A DNA stretch of 64,000 bases. Source: the human T2T-CHM13v2.0 reference genome, Homo sapiens. Positions 33,043-46,075 of this stretch are shown piece after piece; the stretch's first letter is position 1, and the number at the start of each line of letters is the position of its first letter. The stretch is from assembly GCF_009914755.1 (NCBI RefSeq), contig NC_060940.1; one strand, written 5' to 3'. The notes under the pieces were generated by a model, which did not search any database, was not told where the DNA came from, and saw only the letters and a list, made by a program, of their open reading frames with translations. The position numbers and the translations under genes are program-made.

Positions 33043-34323
33043 TACATCTATCTAGAACCTAGTAGCTGTGTTTCTCTGGAGAACCCTAATACAGGGTTGT
33101 TGGGAGGGCTAAATAAATTAATAAATAGACAGCACCTGGAGCAGGGCTCAGCACTTTGTAGCTGCCCAGCAGGTGTGATTTTCCTTCTTCACCCACTTCC
33201 TCCATCTGGTGAGTTGAGTGAGGTTGAAACATGCAAGGGCACCCACATGCTCTGGCCTGTACACAGCAATTGGTTCCGGGGAGAGTGGACAGGTTTGGAG
33301 CATGGGCAGGCCAGCACTTGCTGACATTGATGTGATTATCAGGTGGGCTGGGTAAGCCCATGCAGACGCTGTTGCAGGTGGAAGGCTACCTAGAACCTCC
33401 AGGGCTCCTGATCTTACAGCAGCCGGCCCAGATGAGCTAGCTCATGCTCGCTTGCTTGCAGAACAGGACCTACCTACAAGGTAGTGCTGGGCTCCGGACT
33501 CAGACCCAGGTTCAAATCCTATTTCACAATGGAAACAGGCTACTTTCTCCACCTCCAGGATTGCAAGAAGATTGGTATGACCTTGATATGCCCGCAATAA
33601 ATGTTAGCCCTTCCTCTTTACAAACAATTATTATTTCATTAAGACTTACTCCTGGGAAGAAGTCACACTTTTCTGTGTGCTAACATCATGTACATTCTGA
33701 TTCTCTGTCCTGTGTGCCATTCCATCATGCTCTCTACCAGCAAAACGCCACCAGTCTAAGGAGGAGACAGAACCGCATAAAAATAGTCACACAGTCTTCA
33801 GAGCTGCACAGGGAGTGGCACAGGGGCTTCACAGGCCTTGGGAAGTTTGTAAAGTGAGGGAGAAGCACTTTACTGTCGCCAGCTCCATTGAAAACAGATT
33901 GTAGCAAATGACTTCCCAGGAGCTCCTCCTCTCACCTTGGTGAATGTTGGGAGAGAATGAAGACTGCGGCTGAGAGGCAGCGCCTTGAGCCTTGAACGGA
34001 AAGAGGGACAGGGCCTGGGGGCTGTCACTGAGGTGCAGAAATGGGTTTTGGGCTGGGCATCAGACAACCCCAGATCCCAACACTGGCTCAGCCAATTCCT
34101 GGCTGTGTGACATGGAGCCATTACTGTACTTTCCTTGCCAGGCCTCCATTTTTCCTCTCTCTAGAATGGGGAGGCTGGTAATACCCACTTTGGAGGGCAA
34201 TGTGAGGACCGAAGGGGGCTGTTAAGTGCTCGGCGCGCAGCGAGCACTCAGGACGGGTGGCAGCGGTCACCTTTGTCGCCACCGTCCAAGCCTTTGCAGA
34301 GGCTCAGGGCCGAGCCCCGGACA

Positions 34324-34335
34324 TGCGCATGCGCA
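34324..34335. promoter_or_regulatory. NRF1 consensus site
   Basis: Perfect palindrome TGCGCATGCGCA. Confidence 0.85.
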
Positions 34336-34573
34336 CGCGCACCCGGCCGGCCAGGTGAGAAGGAGGCGGCCGCCTCGCACCTGGGCTTTAACCCTTCCCA
34401 GTCACGGGAGTGGGCGGAGTGCACGCAGGGACGGAGTCGGGGGCGAGCAGCGAGAGAGGCCGGGCTTGACCCTTGAGGCGGGGTGGGCAGCGTCCGGGGA
34501 GCGCGCCGAGCCGCTTCTAGCCTGGGGTCCGCGCGCGCCGCGGGGAGGAGGGGGAGTGCCGAGGGGAGCGAAG

Positions 34574-34583
34574 TCTCGCGAGA
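34574..34583. promoter_or_regulatory. TCTCGCGAGA (BANP / ZBTB33-type CGCG element) at the presumed TSS
   Basis: Exact palindrome immediately upstream of or overlapping the exon 1 start. Confidence 0.85.
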
Positions 34584-34626
34584 TCGCGCGGCGGCGGCGG
34601 GAGCGGCGGCGGCGGCGGCCGGGGAG
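34582..34626 (+). other. MRTFB: Non-coding exon 1 (5'UTR; start approximate)
   Basis: GGC-repeat-rich segment ending in donor GAG|GTGAGC inside the CpG island; gene name from recalled exon architecture. Confidence 0.75.
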
Positions 34627-35746
34627 GTGAGCGGCGGGCGGTGGCGGCCGTTGGGGGCTGAGGCCGGGTGAGAGCGGCCGAGACCGAGGGCTGGGTGGGG
34701 GAGCGGGCCTGGTGAACATCCCGCGTCCCAGGCAGCCATCCCTGTTCGTCCCCGCAGCAGCTGCGGCGCCGTTTGGTCCGCACCGTCCCCGGGACTCGCG
34801 CGGGGCGGGGCGGCCGGGGCCGCGGGCCGGTGCCTCCTTCAACCGGTCCTCGCGCCCGGGCGCGACCCCGGGGCCGCCTCAGTGTCCATCTCGACTGCAG
34901 AGTTGGCCCTGCTGACAGTGGCAGCGGCGTTTATGGAGCCTCTGCTGTGTGCCGGGCACTTAAGTTGCGCGCTTGCACGCCGGGGCTGCACAGAGAGGTG
35001 GAGCGCCCGGGCCAGAGCCACACTGCGAGGAGGCGGTGGGAGGGGACCGGGACCCCTGCGCCCCCTTCCTCTTCCCACCTCCCACTCCCCTCAGCCCTTT
35101 TCTCCTGGGGTCCCGACCAGGCTTCAGAGGGGGTGTCTGGGAGCGCCCTGAAGTTGGATGCAGCTTGGTATATGGGTTTCTTGGGAGAGAGTTTTTCCAG
35201 GGCTTTTGTCTCGTTCCTAAAAGGGTCCCCGATCCCCAAGTGGTCAAGAACCATTGTTTGGCCCTGCTTGGAAGCAGAGGTGGGCTGAGAGCAGCGGGCG
35301 TGTGCTGGTAGTGGGGTGTCAGGCCCAATGAAGTGGAATATTGGAGCCCAGGGCTTGCCTTAGGCAAAGGAAACTCTTCTCTAAAAGTTCGATTTTTGTT
35401 TCAGCACGCGATTCCACTCTTGGGAACAGTGGTTCTCAACCTCGTCAGAATCAAGGTCCCTTCTTCCCCTTTGCAGCAAACATGTATAAAGCCCTCTTTA
35501 CTACCCTGAAATGAAATTCATAAACAATGTGACCTCCCTACACACATCCTTGAAAAGCAGTATGATGGTTTGATTGAAGCGTAAGGGCGAAATAGAGAAC
35601 AGTATATGACAGATGTTGCTGTACCATTCACATCTAGGACATACTCTTGTGCTGGAAGACAGTATATACTGGGGTGCTTGTGCCAGCTTCTAATGAGTAC
35701 ATTTGTATTGGTTAAAAAAAATTAGGAGGAGCTATTTCAAACAAGA

Positions 35747-35945
35747 GCAAGCCTGGGCAATATAGCGAGATCCCACCTGTACAAAAAAAGAAAAAATTAG
35801 CGTGGTGTGGTGGCGCACACCTGTAGTCTCAGCTGCTTGGGAGGCTGAGGTGAGGGGATCTCTTGAGCCCAGGAGTTAAAGGCTGCAGTGAGCTGTGATT
35901 GCACCACTGCCCTCCAGCCTGGGCTACAGAGTGAGGCCGCTACTT
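35747..35945 (+). mobile_element. 5'-truncated AluJ
   Basis: GCCTGGGCAATATAGCGAGA, linker, then right arm. Confidence 0.88.
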
Positions 35946-38569
35946 CAGGGAAAGAGCAGAGATACAGACGGAGGTTGGGAAAAACACCTAGGTTGGCATA
36001 ACCTGTTTCTTGCGAATTAAAGAGAGAAACAACCTAGATTGAACTAGGGATAACATGGCAAGACAAATAACAGACTGTCTCAATAAATACGTAAATATTA
36101 GCACAAGCCCTCCATGGATCCATATTTTTAAACTATATTGTAGAATTTTTTGTGTCACACACTCGAAGGGACAATACTGGCTTCCTAACAATTACCATTG
36201 GTAATAATTAATAAAATATTAACAAGGTTGAAAATTTTTGGTTCAATATCAGTATCTCACTTGTTTGTATATGCTCAGTATTCTGATACTACAATTGTAT
36301 GTTAACGGTGTGTGGTGTGAGGAAACGATCGCTAATGTTTAGACAGTTTTCCCTTACTCTATTTAAGCTTCCCTTGCTACTTTCTCCTACATTACTGGAG
36401 TTTCCCTGCAATTTCTTATAAAAACTTTTAAATATTGTAAAGTAATGCCAGTTTATAGTGGGCTTAATCTGCCCGTTCATTTGAAAGACTCTCGTACCAG
36501 GCGAATCTTCATTATACAGATCTGTCCCACCTATGTGTTGTGTGAAGTCTTTTAGATCCAGGCCCCCCAAACCCTAAATGCCAGCGGTGTCCCCCAGTCT
36601 CTTTGATAACTAAAAATGTTCCTTGGGGGCAGTTCCAGCTCCTTGGAGAACCACTCCAAACATCAGTGTTATCTAGTCAATTATAATAGGAATTATAAAA
36701 GGAAATTTAACAGACAGTTTTTGCTGAGAGTTTTGTCCTGTTTTGTTTTTTCTTTCTTTCAGAAGTGTCTGACGTACAAAAAGCATGCTTTTGGTTAGTG
36801 GCGCTTTCATTGATTATTCTAGAATCTCAGATGGGAGGTCAGGTTAGTACCTGTGTCCCTCTGTCTGAAAGATTGGCTGTGTTTAATGGAAATGTTGACA
36901 ACTAAACACTTGAATCAAGTAGCAGATTGAGGTTAGAATGGAGTTGGGAAGCAACAACAATAATGTGTAGAAATAAGTCTTAGTTAAGTATAATCTAAAC
37001 TAGTGTAATCACCCTTTAAATAGCTTCTTCTGCTTACTAATATCTATATTAGAGAATTTGGAAAATGCAGATGTATTCAAAGGTAAAACTTAAAATTACC
37101 TGTAATCACATATGCCAGTAGTCCTCATGGTGTGATTTGTTAGCAGTTGTCTTTTCATTTCAAACTTTGCTAGTCTTGCTGCATAGGGGAAAATGCAAAT
37201 CGAGTTAAGAAAGTTCAGCTCAGACCATTTATATGTTACCTACGTATAACATTTATATATGTTACAATGTTACCTACATTGTAACATTATACATTTAACT
37301 CTTCTTTTAATAATAGTTTATTTGGCTTTTTTTTGTTGAATAGACGAGTTGCTTCTTGATGTAAGGTGTTTATTATTAGTTGCGTGTTACGTTTGAAAGG
37401 TGCTATGGAAACAGACATGTAGGTAATGACTGCTGTCAAAACAGAAGGCTATACTTTAAATTATCTAGAGTTAGAGACATTGAACACTTTGGAGATGGAA
37501 ATTTATCCAAATTGAGAGTAATGAATTTATATTAATTTGAGCAAGCAGTATCTTGTTCCAGGGTAAAAGAGGTCATTACTGGTTTTTAAAATCAGAACTT
37601 TAAAAAATATTCACCTGTATGTAAAAGATGTTGATTGAAAATGTTCCATTTTTCTAGGCATAGGGGATAGATTGTTGAATGGACAAAAGTTCATGCTTTT
37701 ATGAAGTTTTACATTTGAGAGACACAAATGTTAACTAGAAAATGAATACTATGCACATATCTCTGATTTGTAATTAAGGTGTTTCATTGATTTTTAAGAT
37801 GCATATGTGAGATAGAATGACATCTTAAAATTAGCATGTGGTTGGCAACTTTTCTTTCTTAGTAGGACATTATATCTTGAAATTGATGGCATCTTAGAGT
37901 CAATGAAATAGGGAATATGTAAAAATTATTACATAATTTTACTACATGAATAGGGAATATGAAACAATGATTAATGATTAACACCAAAAACTTGATTCAA
38001 AGGGTGACTTGCAAAATGAAGATACACAATATTTCTGGACCCTTCCATTTAAACTAGAATTCTTTACTAAGAAGATTCCTGTAGAGATTTTCCCTTTATG
38101 TAAAACAAATGGAGAATCAATGTTTGTAAATATAAGAACCATTTTTTTGAAAATGTTTAAAAGGAAACAAACTGCTTGGTGAATTTTCACGAAGAGCAGA
38201 TGGTGTGGTTAGTGTGTTTGAGGTAAAGTTAATCAGATAATATAACCAGACAGTTGTATGAATATGGTTTTTTGTGTTTTTTGTTTGTTTCCATTCTGGA
38301 AGATCCACTTATAAATGAAAGTTTTCTCAAATGGGACGTCCTTAAATTGGATCTCAGTGAATTATAGTTGTTATTGTTGTTTAAGAAATATATTTGAAAA
38401 CATACTTACTCTGTGTGAAGTACACAGTTTATATGGGAAGCTAGTTCCGTGGTATACCTTAGCTGGAGACCTGTGTAAGGACTTTTTCTGTCTAATATTG
38501 AGTGCAGGTTTCACAGCAAACTCAATCACGTGAAGACCCTTTGCGTACCTTCTTCCTCAGGTGGACTTG

Positions 38570-38910
38570 TGCTTTGCGTCTTAAAGTGTGGTGCCCACAC
38601 CATCAGCACGTCAGCAGCATCCTGGAGCTTGTTTGAAATGTAGACTCTGAGCTCCACTCCAGACCAACTGGACCAGAATTTGCATTTTAAAAGATCCCTT
38701 CCTGGGCAATGCACGTGAACATATAAAAATCACGGGACCAGATCTGTGGCTGTCAAACTTGAGTATGTATTAAAAGGATTGCTAGCCTCCTCCTCCAGGG
38801 TCTCTCTCTGATTCAGTAGGTCTGGGCTGGGCCCATAGAATTTACATTGTTAACAAATTATCAGGTGATGCTGATGCTGCTGGTCCAAGGACCATACTTT
38901 GAGAACCATT
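38570..38910. mobile_element. Two adjacent MER5-type hAT MITEs
   Basis: TTAAAGTGTGGT..CATCAGCA..TGCATTTTAA; GATTCAGTAGGTCTGGG..GGTGATGCTGATGCTGCTGGTCC..TTTGAGAACCA. Confidence 0.75.
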
Positions 38911-39414
38911 AGAGTAGAGCTCCTTCTCTTCTCACCTTTTTCTGTTCTCTCTTCTAATTCCTCACCCCGGCTTTTTAAAATAGATTATTATAATCATATA
39001 CTTTGGCTCGATTGGAGGAAACAAAAGCACTTTGTCTTATAATTTATGGTGATGGCCACACTAAAATTGCTTGTCACCAATTTCAGAGAAAACTTAGACT
39101 CTGGTTTGTAGGTGGTTCTCTTTTGCTTCTTTTTGCGAGGTGCTTTTAACATTTACAAATTGTTTTCATGTAGATAAGATGTTCATATGGTTCAAAAATT
39201 AAAATGACATAAGACATATTTTGAGAAATCTAAATTCCAATTGTCTTGATTCTCTCCATAAATAACCTTTCATTTGTTTCCTATACATGTCTTTTTTTTG
39301 TATAGATGCAGATACAAGCAAATACTAATATACTATATATACTCTTTTTATATAAAATATACATACTATGTGAATATTTTCCTTGCTTTTTTTTTAAAGT
39401 TAATATTATCTTGA

Positions 39415-39780
<366 letters not shown>

Positions 39781-41695
39781 TAAAATATACATTGTTTAGC
39801 TGTTTAGCCTCCAGTGATCAATATATGAGTTGTTTCCAGTCTGAGACTCACAAATGACGCTGTGCTGAATAACCTTGTGCACATATTATTTTGTATATTT
39901 GTAGGCATTATCTGTGGGATACATTCCTAGAGGTGGGATTGCTGGTCAGTGGGCAATGCATTTATAATTGGTGTAAATACTTTCTTCCTCCAGAGTGGCA
40001 CTTATTTTGAACTTGCCTAAGTAATGTATGAGACTCCTTATTTCTCCGTAACCTCTCCAACAGTTAACCTTTGGATTCGTGTCAGTCTCGTAGATGAAAA
40101 ATGATAACTCCATGTAGTTTTAATATGCATTGCTTTCATTATGAATCGGGGTGAGCATCTTTTCATGTGCCTAAAGGCTATTTGTATTCCTTTTTCTGTG
40201 AGCTATCTGTTCATACCCTTTGCACATTTTTCTTTTGGATTGCTTTTTCTTACTAATTTCTATAAGTGTATAAATTAGAGAGATTAGCCCTTTGTTAGGT
40301 TGCAGTTTCCCTCAACTTGTCACTTGTTTTTAAAAATGACTTTCATGTATTTTGGTATAAAGAAGGCTTAAATATGGCTTTCTTTACATTTTATGTACTT
40401 AACATTAATCTCTTATGGTATCTGGATTTTACGTCAAAGGCCTCCACGATTTCTGGAATCTGCCCGTGTTTTCTTTTAGTGCTTTTATGGTTTCATTTTA
40501 ACACCTAAATCTCTGATCCACTTAGGATTTATTCTGGTGTTCAGAGTGATATATAATTCAACTTTTCCTTTTTCCATGTGGCCACCAGTTATCTTTACCG
40601 ATTTGTTTCAGTTTTCATCTCTGAATCCAGTTGATGGTGGTGTGAGTTTCTGGATGTATTGGGGTACATCTCTGCACTTTCTATTCTATGACATTAGTCT
40701 TTCTATTCATATAGCAGTACTACATTGGTTTTATAAAATGTTTTAATATCTTTTAAAACTAGTTTCCCCTTGTTGCTTTTTTTTTTTTTTGGCAATTCTT
40801 GCTAGTTTATTTTTCCATGTGAACTTTAGAATCGTTTTGTCTAGTTCCAGAAAACACTTTTTAAAGAATCAAGATCATGTTAAGTTTATGAACTTAAAAT
40901 CTATTTGACTTCTCTGAGCCTCAGTTTTCTAATCTGTAAAAGGAGCAATAGTGCCTGTAAGAATGCTGGAGGGATTAAAAGAGAAAACGTGTGAAACTCA
41001 TCGCTTAGTGCCCTTGGTCCACTCCCACCTTTGTTGCCAACATGGGCTGAGGTTGCCATTCCCTCATTTTTTTCCCACTGTTACCCATCTCACTTTCAAA
41101 AAAGAAAAAAAGAAAGGACCCATAAAGAAAAAGTTACAAGACATTAGAATCCAAGTTAAAACTAAGCTCTTGTTCAGTTTCAGCAGGACAATTAATGTAC
41201 CTGAAAACCAGAGAACAAATTCAGCCTGGCGTTCAAGGCCCCCTCCTGCTTCTAGCCTTGCTGCCTTAGTCTCTCTTGGATGTACCCTAACAATGGTGCT
41301 GCTTATGTTTCCTAGAGGCCCTGTGTTTCCTGGAACCCCATTCCTCCCACCCAGAATATAGTGCTACGTAATTCTGCCAGTTCAGATCTGTTACTGTCCC
41401 CCACCCAGTCAAAAACAGTATCTGTCTCTGCATGTAGCTTGTCTGTCATGCAGCTTAACCCTTGATGAACTGTAAACTCTGTAAGGAGAGAAACTGTGTT
41501 CATCCTGCACACCAAATAATGCCCTGCACCCAACAAAATACTGGCAAAGATTGGACATTCAGATGTTTGTTAAATGAATGAATAATTGACTTTGATCTTT
41601 TTTTTTGCTTTATATTATGTGTCTAGGTAGCTCTTATTTCACTGAGGACACTGTAAGCCCCTGGAATACAAAGCTTATGCCCACCCCTCTCCCCC

Positions 41696-41991
41696 TTTTT
41701 TAGAGACGGGGTCTCTCTCATGCAGGCTGGAGTACATGACACGGGCAGTGGCACAGTTATGGCTTACTGCAGCCTTGAACTCCTAGGCTCAATCAATCAT
41801 CCTACCTCAGCCTCCCGAGCAGCTGGGACTACAGGGGCACCACCACTCCTGGCAAATTTTTTTTTTTTTTTTTAAAGAGACGGTATTACCATGTTGCCTC
41901 AGTCTGGTCTCAAACTTCAGGGCTCAAGCGATTTGCCCACCTTGGCCTCACCAAGCCCGGGAATTACTGGTGTAAGCCACTGTGCCCAGCC
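41696..41991 (-). mobile_element. AluJ
   Basis: Diverged antisense dimer. Confidence 0.88.
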
Positions 41992-42551
41992 AATTAATAA
42001 TAATTATTATCATCATAAATAATGCTGGTGATGGAGATGGTGAAAGGCAGATTTATTATTATATAATAACATTATAATAAAATAGTATTTATTGAACACA
42101 TATTTCAGGAACTACTTTAGAGTCCCCAATGTGGATTATTTCATATAATCCTCAGCAGTGCTAAGAATTGGGTACTGTTGTTACACATATGGGAAAACAG
42201 GCACACAGAGAAGTTACTTACCCCAGATCACACAGGTAGAAAGTGGTAGAACCGGGATCTAATGCAGATGCTCTGAGCCTAGCACCCGAACTCTTAGCCC
42301 GCTGCAGTTCTCCAGGCTTGTTTGTTAAATACAGTTCTTTGAATACAGTCGTGTATAGGTTCTCGAACAATTTAGGAAAAGTTTTAGTTACATTTTCAAA
42401 TTTTTACTTTCCTTCCTGACCATTCCATTTTAATAACTTCGATTTTGTTATTTCCAGTTTATCTTAGACTTCACATTCTCCAAGAGACACAACCTTGTCT
42501 GGCATGTAGTAGGTGCTCAATAAAAAGTAATTTCTGCCTTTTTTTTTCCAG

Positions 42552-42616
42552 GTTCACAATAAAGGTGCTAAGAAAGAGAATGTAAGACAGGAAAATAATT
42601 AAATATTCTTACCGAG
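42552..42616 (+). other. MRTFB: Non-coding exon 2 (65 nt, 5'UTR)
   Basis: Strong acceptor TTTCTGCCTTTTTTTTTCCAG| and consensus donor GAG|GTAAGT. Confidence 0.85.
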
Positions 42617-44552
42617 GTAAGTTTTTTTATAATTTTTTTTTAACAAAGAAACTGTAATTTCTTTCTTTCTTTTACCTCCTCTTACAGCCTGCTTTCTTGA
42701 GGTCTAACAGGGAGATTGTTTTAGGAGTGGTTAAGTTCATAGAACCTAGAGTTCTTAAGGTAGATGCCAGGAATGTGGACTGTTCAAGTAAGTTCATTTG
42801 ACGTTCTCAACCTCTTCGAATCTAATCTTTATTTTCCTGTTTTCTGATGGTTTTAAAGCATGGTACTGAGAAGGAAATCTAGCAAGTAGAAACCCATAGC
42901 TGTTTGGTGGTTATATATACTTGCAACATTCAGTGAATACTTTTTTCTTAAAATAGGGAGTTGAAAGAATTTTAAGCTACTTTTGGTGAGATACGAACAC
43001 TTAAAATTTTGGGTTTTTTTTTACTATAATAATGAAAAAAATTTCTATCCGTATAAAACAACATAATGATAGAACTTAGCATCCAACTTCTACCACCAAG
43101 AAATGACTGCTATTAATATTTTGGTGAACATACTTTTAGAAATCTATCTATGGATATAGAAGAATTTATATACAAAATTTTAAATAAATTGGTTTGCCTG
43201 TATATAGTAGTCTTTTTTAATGGAAAAATATGTTTTGTACATCTCTGCGGGAATTGGAAAGATACGCGTAATCCTACATGATCATTTTACTGGCTGCCTA
43301 ATGTTCCATCTTTTAGAGGCACCATACTTTATGCCTTTGATGACCTTTTAGATTGTTCTAGTTTTCCCTTGTTGATGTATTGATCAGCCTTCTGCTTATA
43401 TCATTGTATACTTGTTCATTTCTCTTCTTAGATGTGTAACTGCTGGGTCAGAGATTATACACATTTAAAATGTTGAGACATGGCTTACCTGTCCTCTAAA
43501 GAGACTACCAGTTTATAACCCCCCTCAGAATCCACAAGAGTCCTGCTTTCCATATCCTTGCCCACACAATTTTGTTAATGTTAATGTATATGTAACTTTT
43601 TTCCAAATTTATTTATTTATTTTAAATAGACAAATAAAATTGTATGTATGTATTGTGTACCACATGTTTTGAAGTATGTGTATATTGTGGAATGTTTCAA
43701 TCTAGCTAATTATGCGTTACCTCACATAGTTACCATTTTTGTGGTGAGAACATTGAACATTTACTCTCTTTGTATTTACTCTATTTTTGGAAGAATACAG
43801 TATATCATAATTAACAATAGTCACCATGCTGTACAATAGATCTCTTTGAATTATTCCTTCTATATCTAACTGGAATTTTGTATTCTTTGACTAACATTTC
43901 CACACCACCACCCCCACCTGCCCCCGACCTTCTAACGCCTCTGGTAACCATCATTCTACTCTCTTCTTGTATGAGATCAACTTCTTCAGATTCCTTATAT
44001 GAGTAAGAACATGTAGTATTTGTCTTTCTGTGTCAGGCTTATTTCACTTAAAGAGGTGATGTTCTCCAGGTTCATCCATGTTGTCACAAATGACAGGATT
44101 TCCGTTTTTATAGTTGAATAGTACTCCGTTGTGTATATATACCACATTTTCGTTATCCATTCATCTGTTGATGGACACTTAGGTTGCTTCTGTATCTTGG
44201 CTATTGTGAATAGTGCTGCAATAAATGTGAGAGTGCAGATTATCTCTTTACTGATTTCATTTCCTTTGCATAAATACCCAGTAGTGGGATTGCTGGATCA
44301 TATGGTAGTTTCATTTTTAATTTATTTCAGAAACCCCCACACTGTTTTCCATAATGGCAATAATTTACATTCCTCCCAATGGTGTTCAAGGGTTTCTTTG
44401 TCTCTACATTTTTGCCAGCATTTGTTACCTTTTATCTTTTTGATAGTAGCCATTCCAACAGGAGTGAGGTGATATCTCACTGTGGTTTTAACTTGCATTT
44501 ATTAGTGCTGTGTAACACTGTTTTATGTATTTGCTGGCTATTCGTATGCTGC

Positions 44553-44853
<301 letters not shown>

Positions 44854-44882
44854 ATTTGTATGCTTCTTTTGAGAAATGTCTA

Positions 44883-45135
44883 CCAGGCTAGAGTGCAGTG
44901 GTGCAATCACGGCTCACTGCAGCCTTGACCTTCTAGGCTCAAGTGATCCTCCCACTTCAGCCTCCCTAGTAGCTGGGACCACAGGCACATGCCACCACAC
45001 TCTGCCAAATTTTTTGTATTTTTTGTGTAGACAGTGTCTCGCCATGTTGCCCAGGCTGGTCTCAGACTCTGGGCTCAAGCAGTCCACCCGCCTCGGCTTC
45101 CCAAAGTGCTGGGATTATAGGTGTGAGCCACCACC
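44883..45135 (-). mobile_element. AluJ (tail end missing)
   Basis: CACGGCTCACTGCAGCCTTGACC. Confidence 0.88.
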
Positions 45136-45769
45136 TTTGTCCATTTTTTAATTGGATTTTTTTCCTGCTATTGAGTTGAGTTTCTTACATATTTTGGATG
45201 TTAACCCCTTACCAGATGTATAGTTTGCAGATATTTTCTCCCATTCTTTAGGAAGTTTCTTCACTGTGGATTGCTTTCTTTGCTATACAGAAGCTTATTA
45301 ATTTGGCATAATCCCATTTGTCAGTTTGTGCTTTTATTGCCTGTGTTTTGGGGTTCATATCTAAAAATCATTGTCCAGACCAATGTCATGGAACTTTTCC
45401 TCTATGTTTTCTCCTAGGAGCTTAATGTTTTCACATCTTACGTTTAAGTCTTTAATACATTTTGAGTTGATTTTTGTATATGGCGTGAGATAAAGGTCTG
45501 ATTTCATTCTCCTGCATGTGGGTATCCAGTTTTGCCAACACCATTTAGAAGAGACTGTCCTTTCCCCATTGTTTATTCTTGGCACCTTTGTCAAAAATCA
45601 GTTGACTGTAAGTGCATAGATTTATTTCTGGGTTCTTTATTCTATTCCATTCGTCTATGTGTCTGTATTTTAAGCTAGTACCATGCTGTTTGGTTACTAT
45701 AACTTCATAGTACAATTTGAAACCAGGTAGTGTGATATCTCCAACTTTTTTATTTTATTCAAGATTGTG

Positions 45770-46075
45770 TCTGGGTGCCGTGGCTCAAATCCCAGCACTT
45801 TGGGAGGCCAAGGTGGGAGGATAGTTTGAAAACCAGAAGTTCGAGACCAGCTGGGTGACAAAGTGAGACCCTGTTTCTGCAAAAAATAAAAATTAGCCAG
45901 GTGTGGTCATTTGTACCTGTAGTTCCAGTTACTCAGGAGGCTAAGGTGGAAGGATTGCTTGAGCCAGGAGTTCGAGGTTGCAGTGAGCTGTGTGATCGTA
46001 CCACAGCACTCCAGCCTGGGCAAAGGAACAAGACTGTCTTAATAAAATAATAATATATAAATAAAATAAAGTAAA
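45770..46075 (+). mobile_element. AluJ
   Basis: Sense dimer flanked by CAAGATTG. Confidence 0.88.

Larger units (their letters stand above)
34220..35080. promoter_or_regulatory. CpG-island promoter
   Basis: Very high GC and CpG density against a CpG-depleted background; GC boxes (GGGCGG at ~34412); contains the exon 1 donor. Confidence 0.95.

Noticed and set aside
34226-35367. Many overlapping 60-170 aa ORFs in the CpG island
   Set aside because: Pro/Arg/Gly/Ala-rich frames are expected from stop-codon scarcity in GC-rich DNA; several run through the exon 1 donor; no recognisable domain
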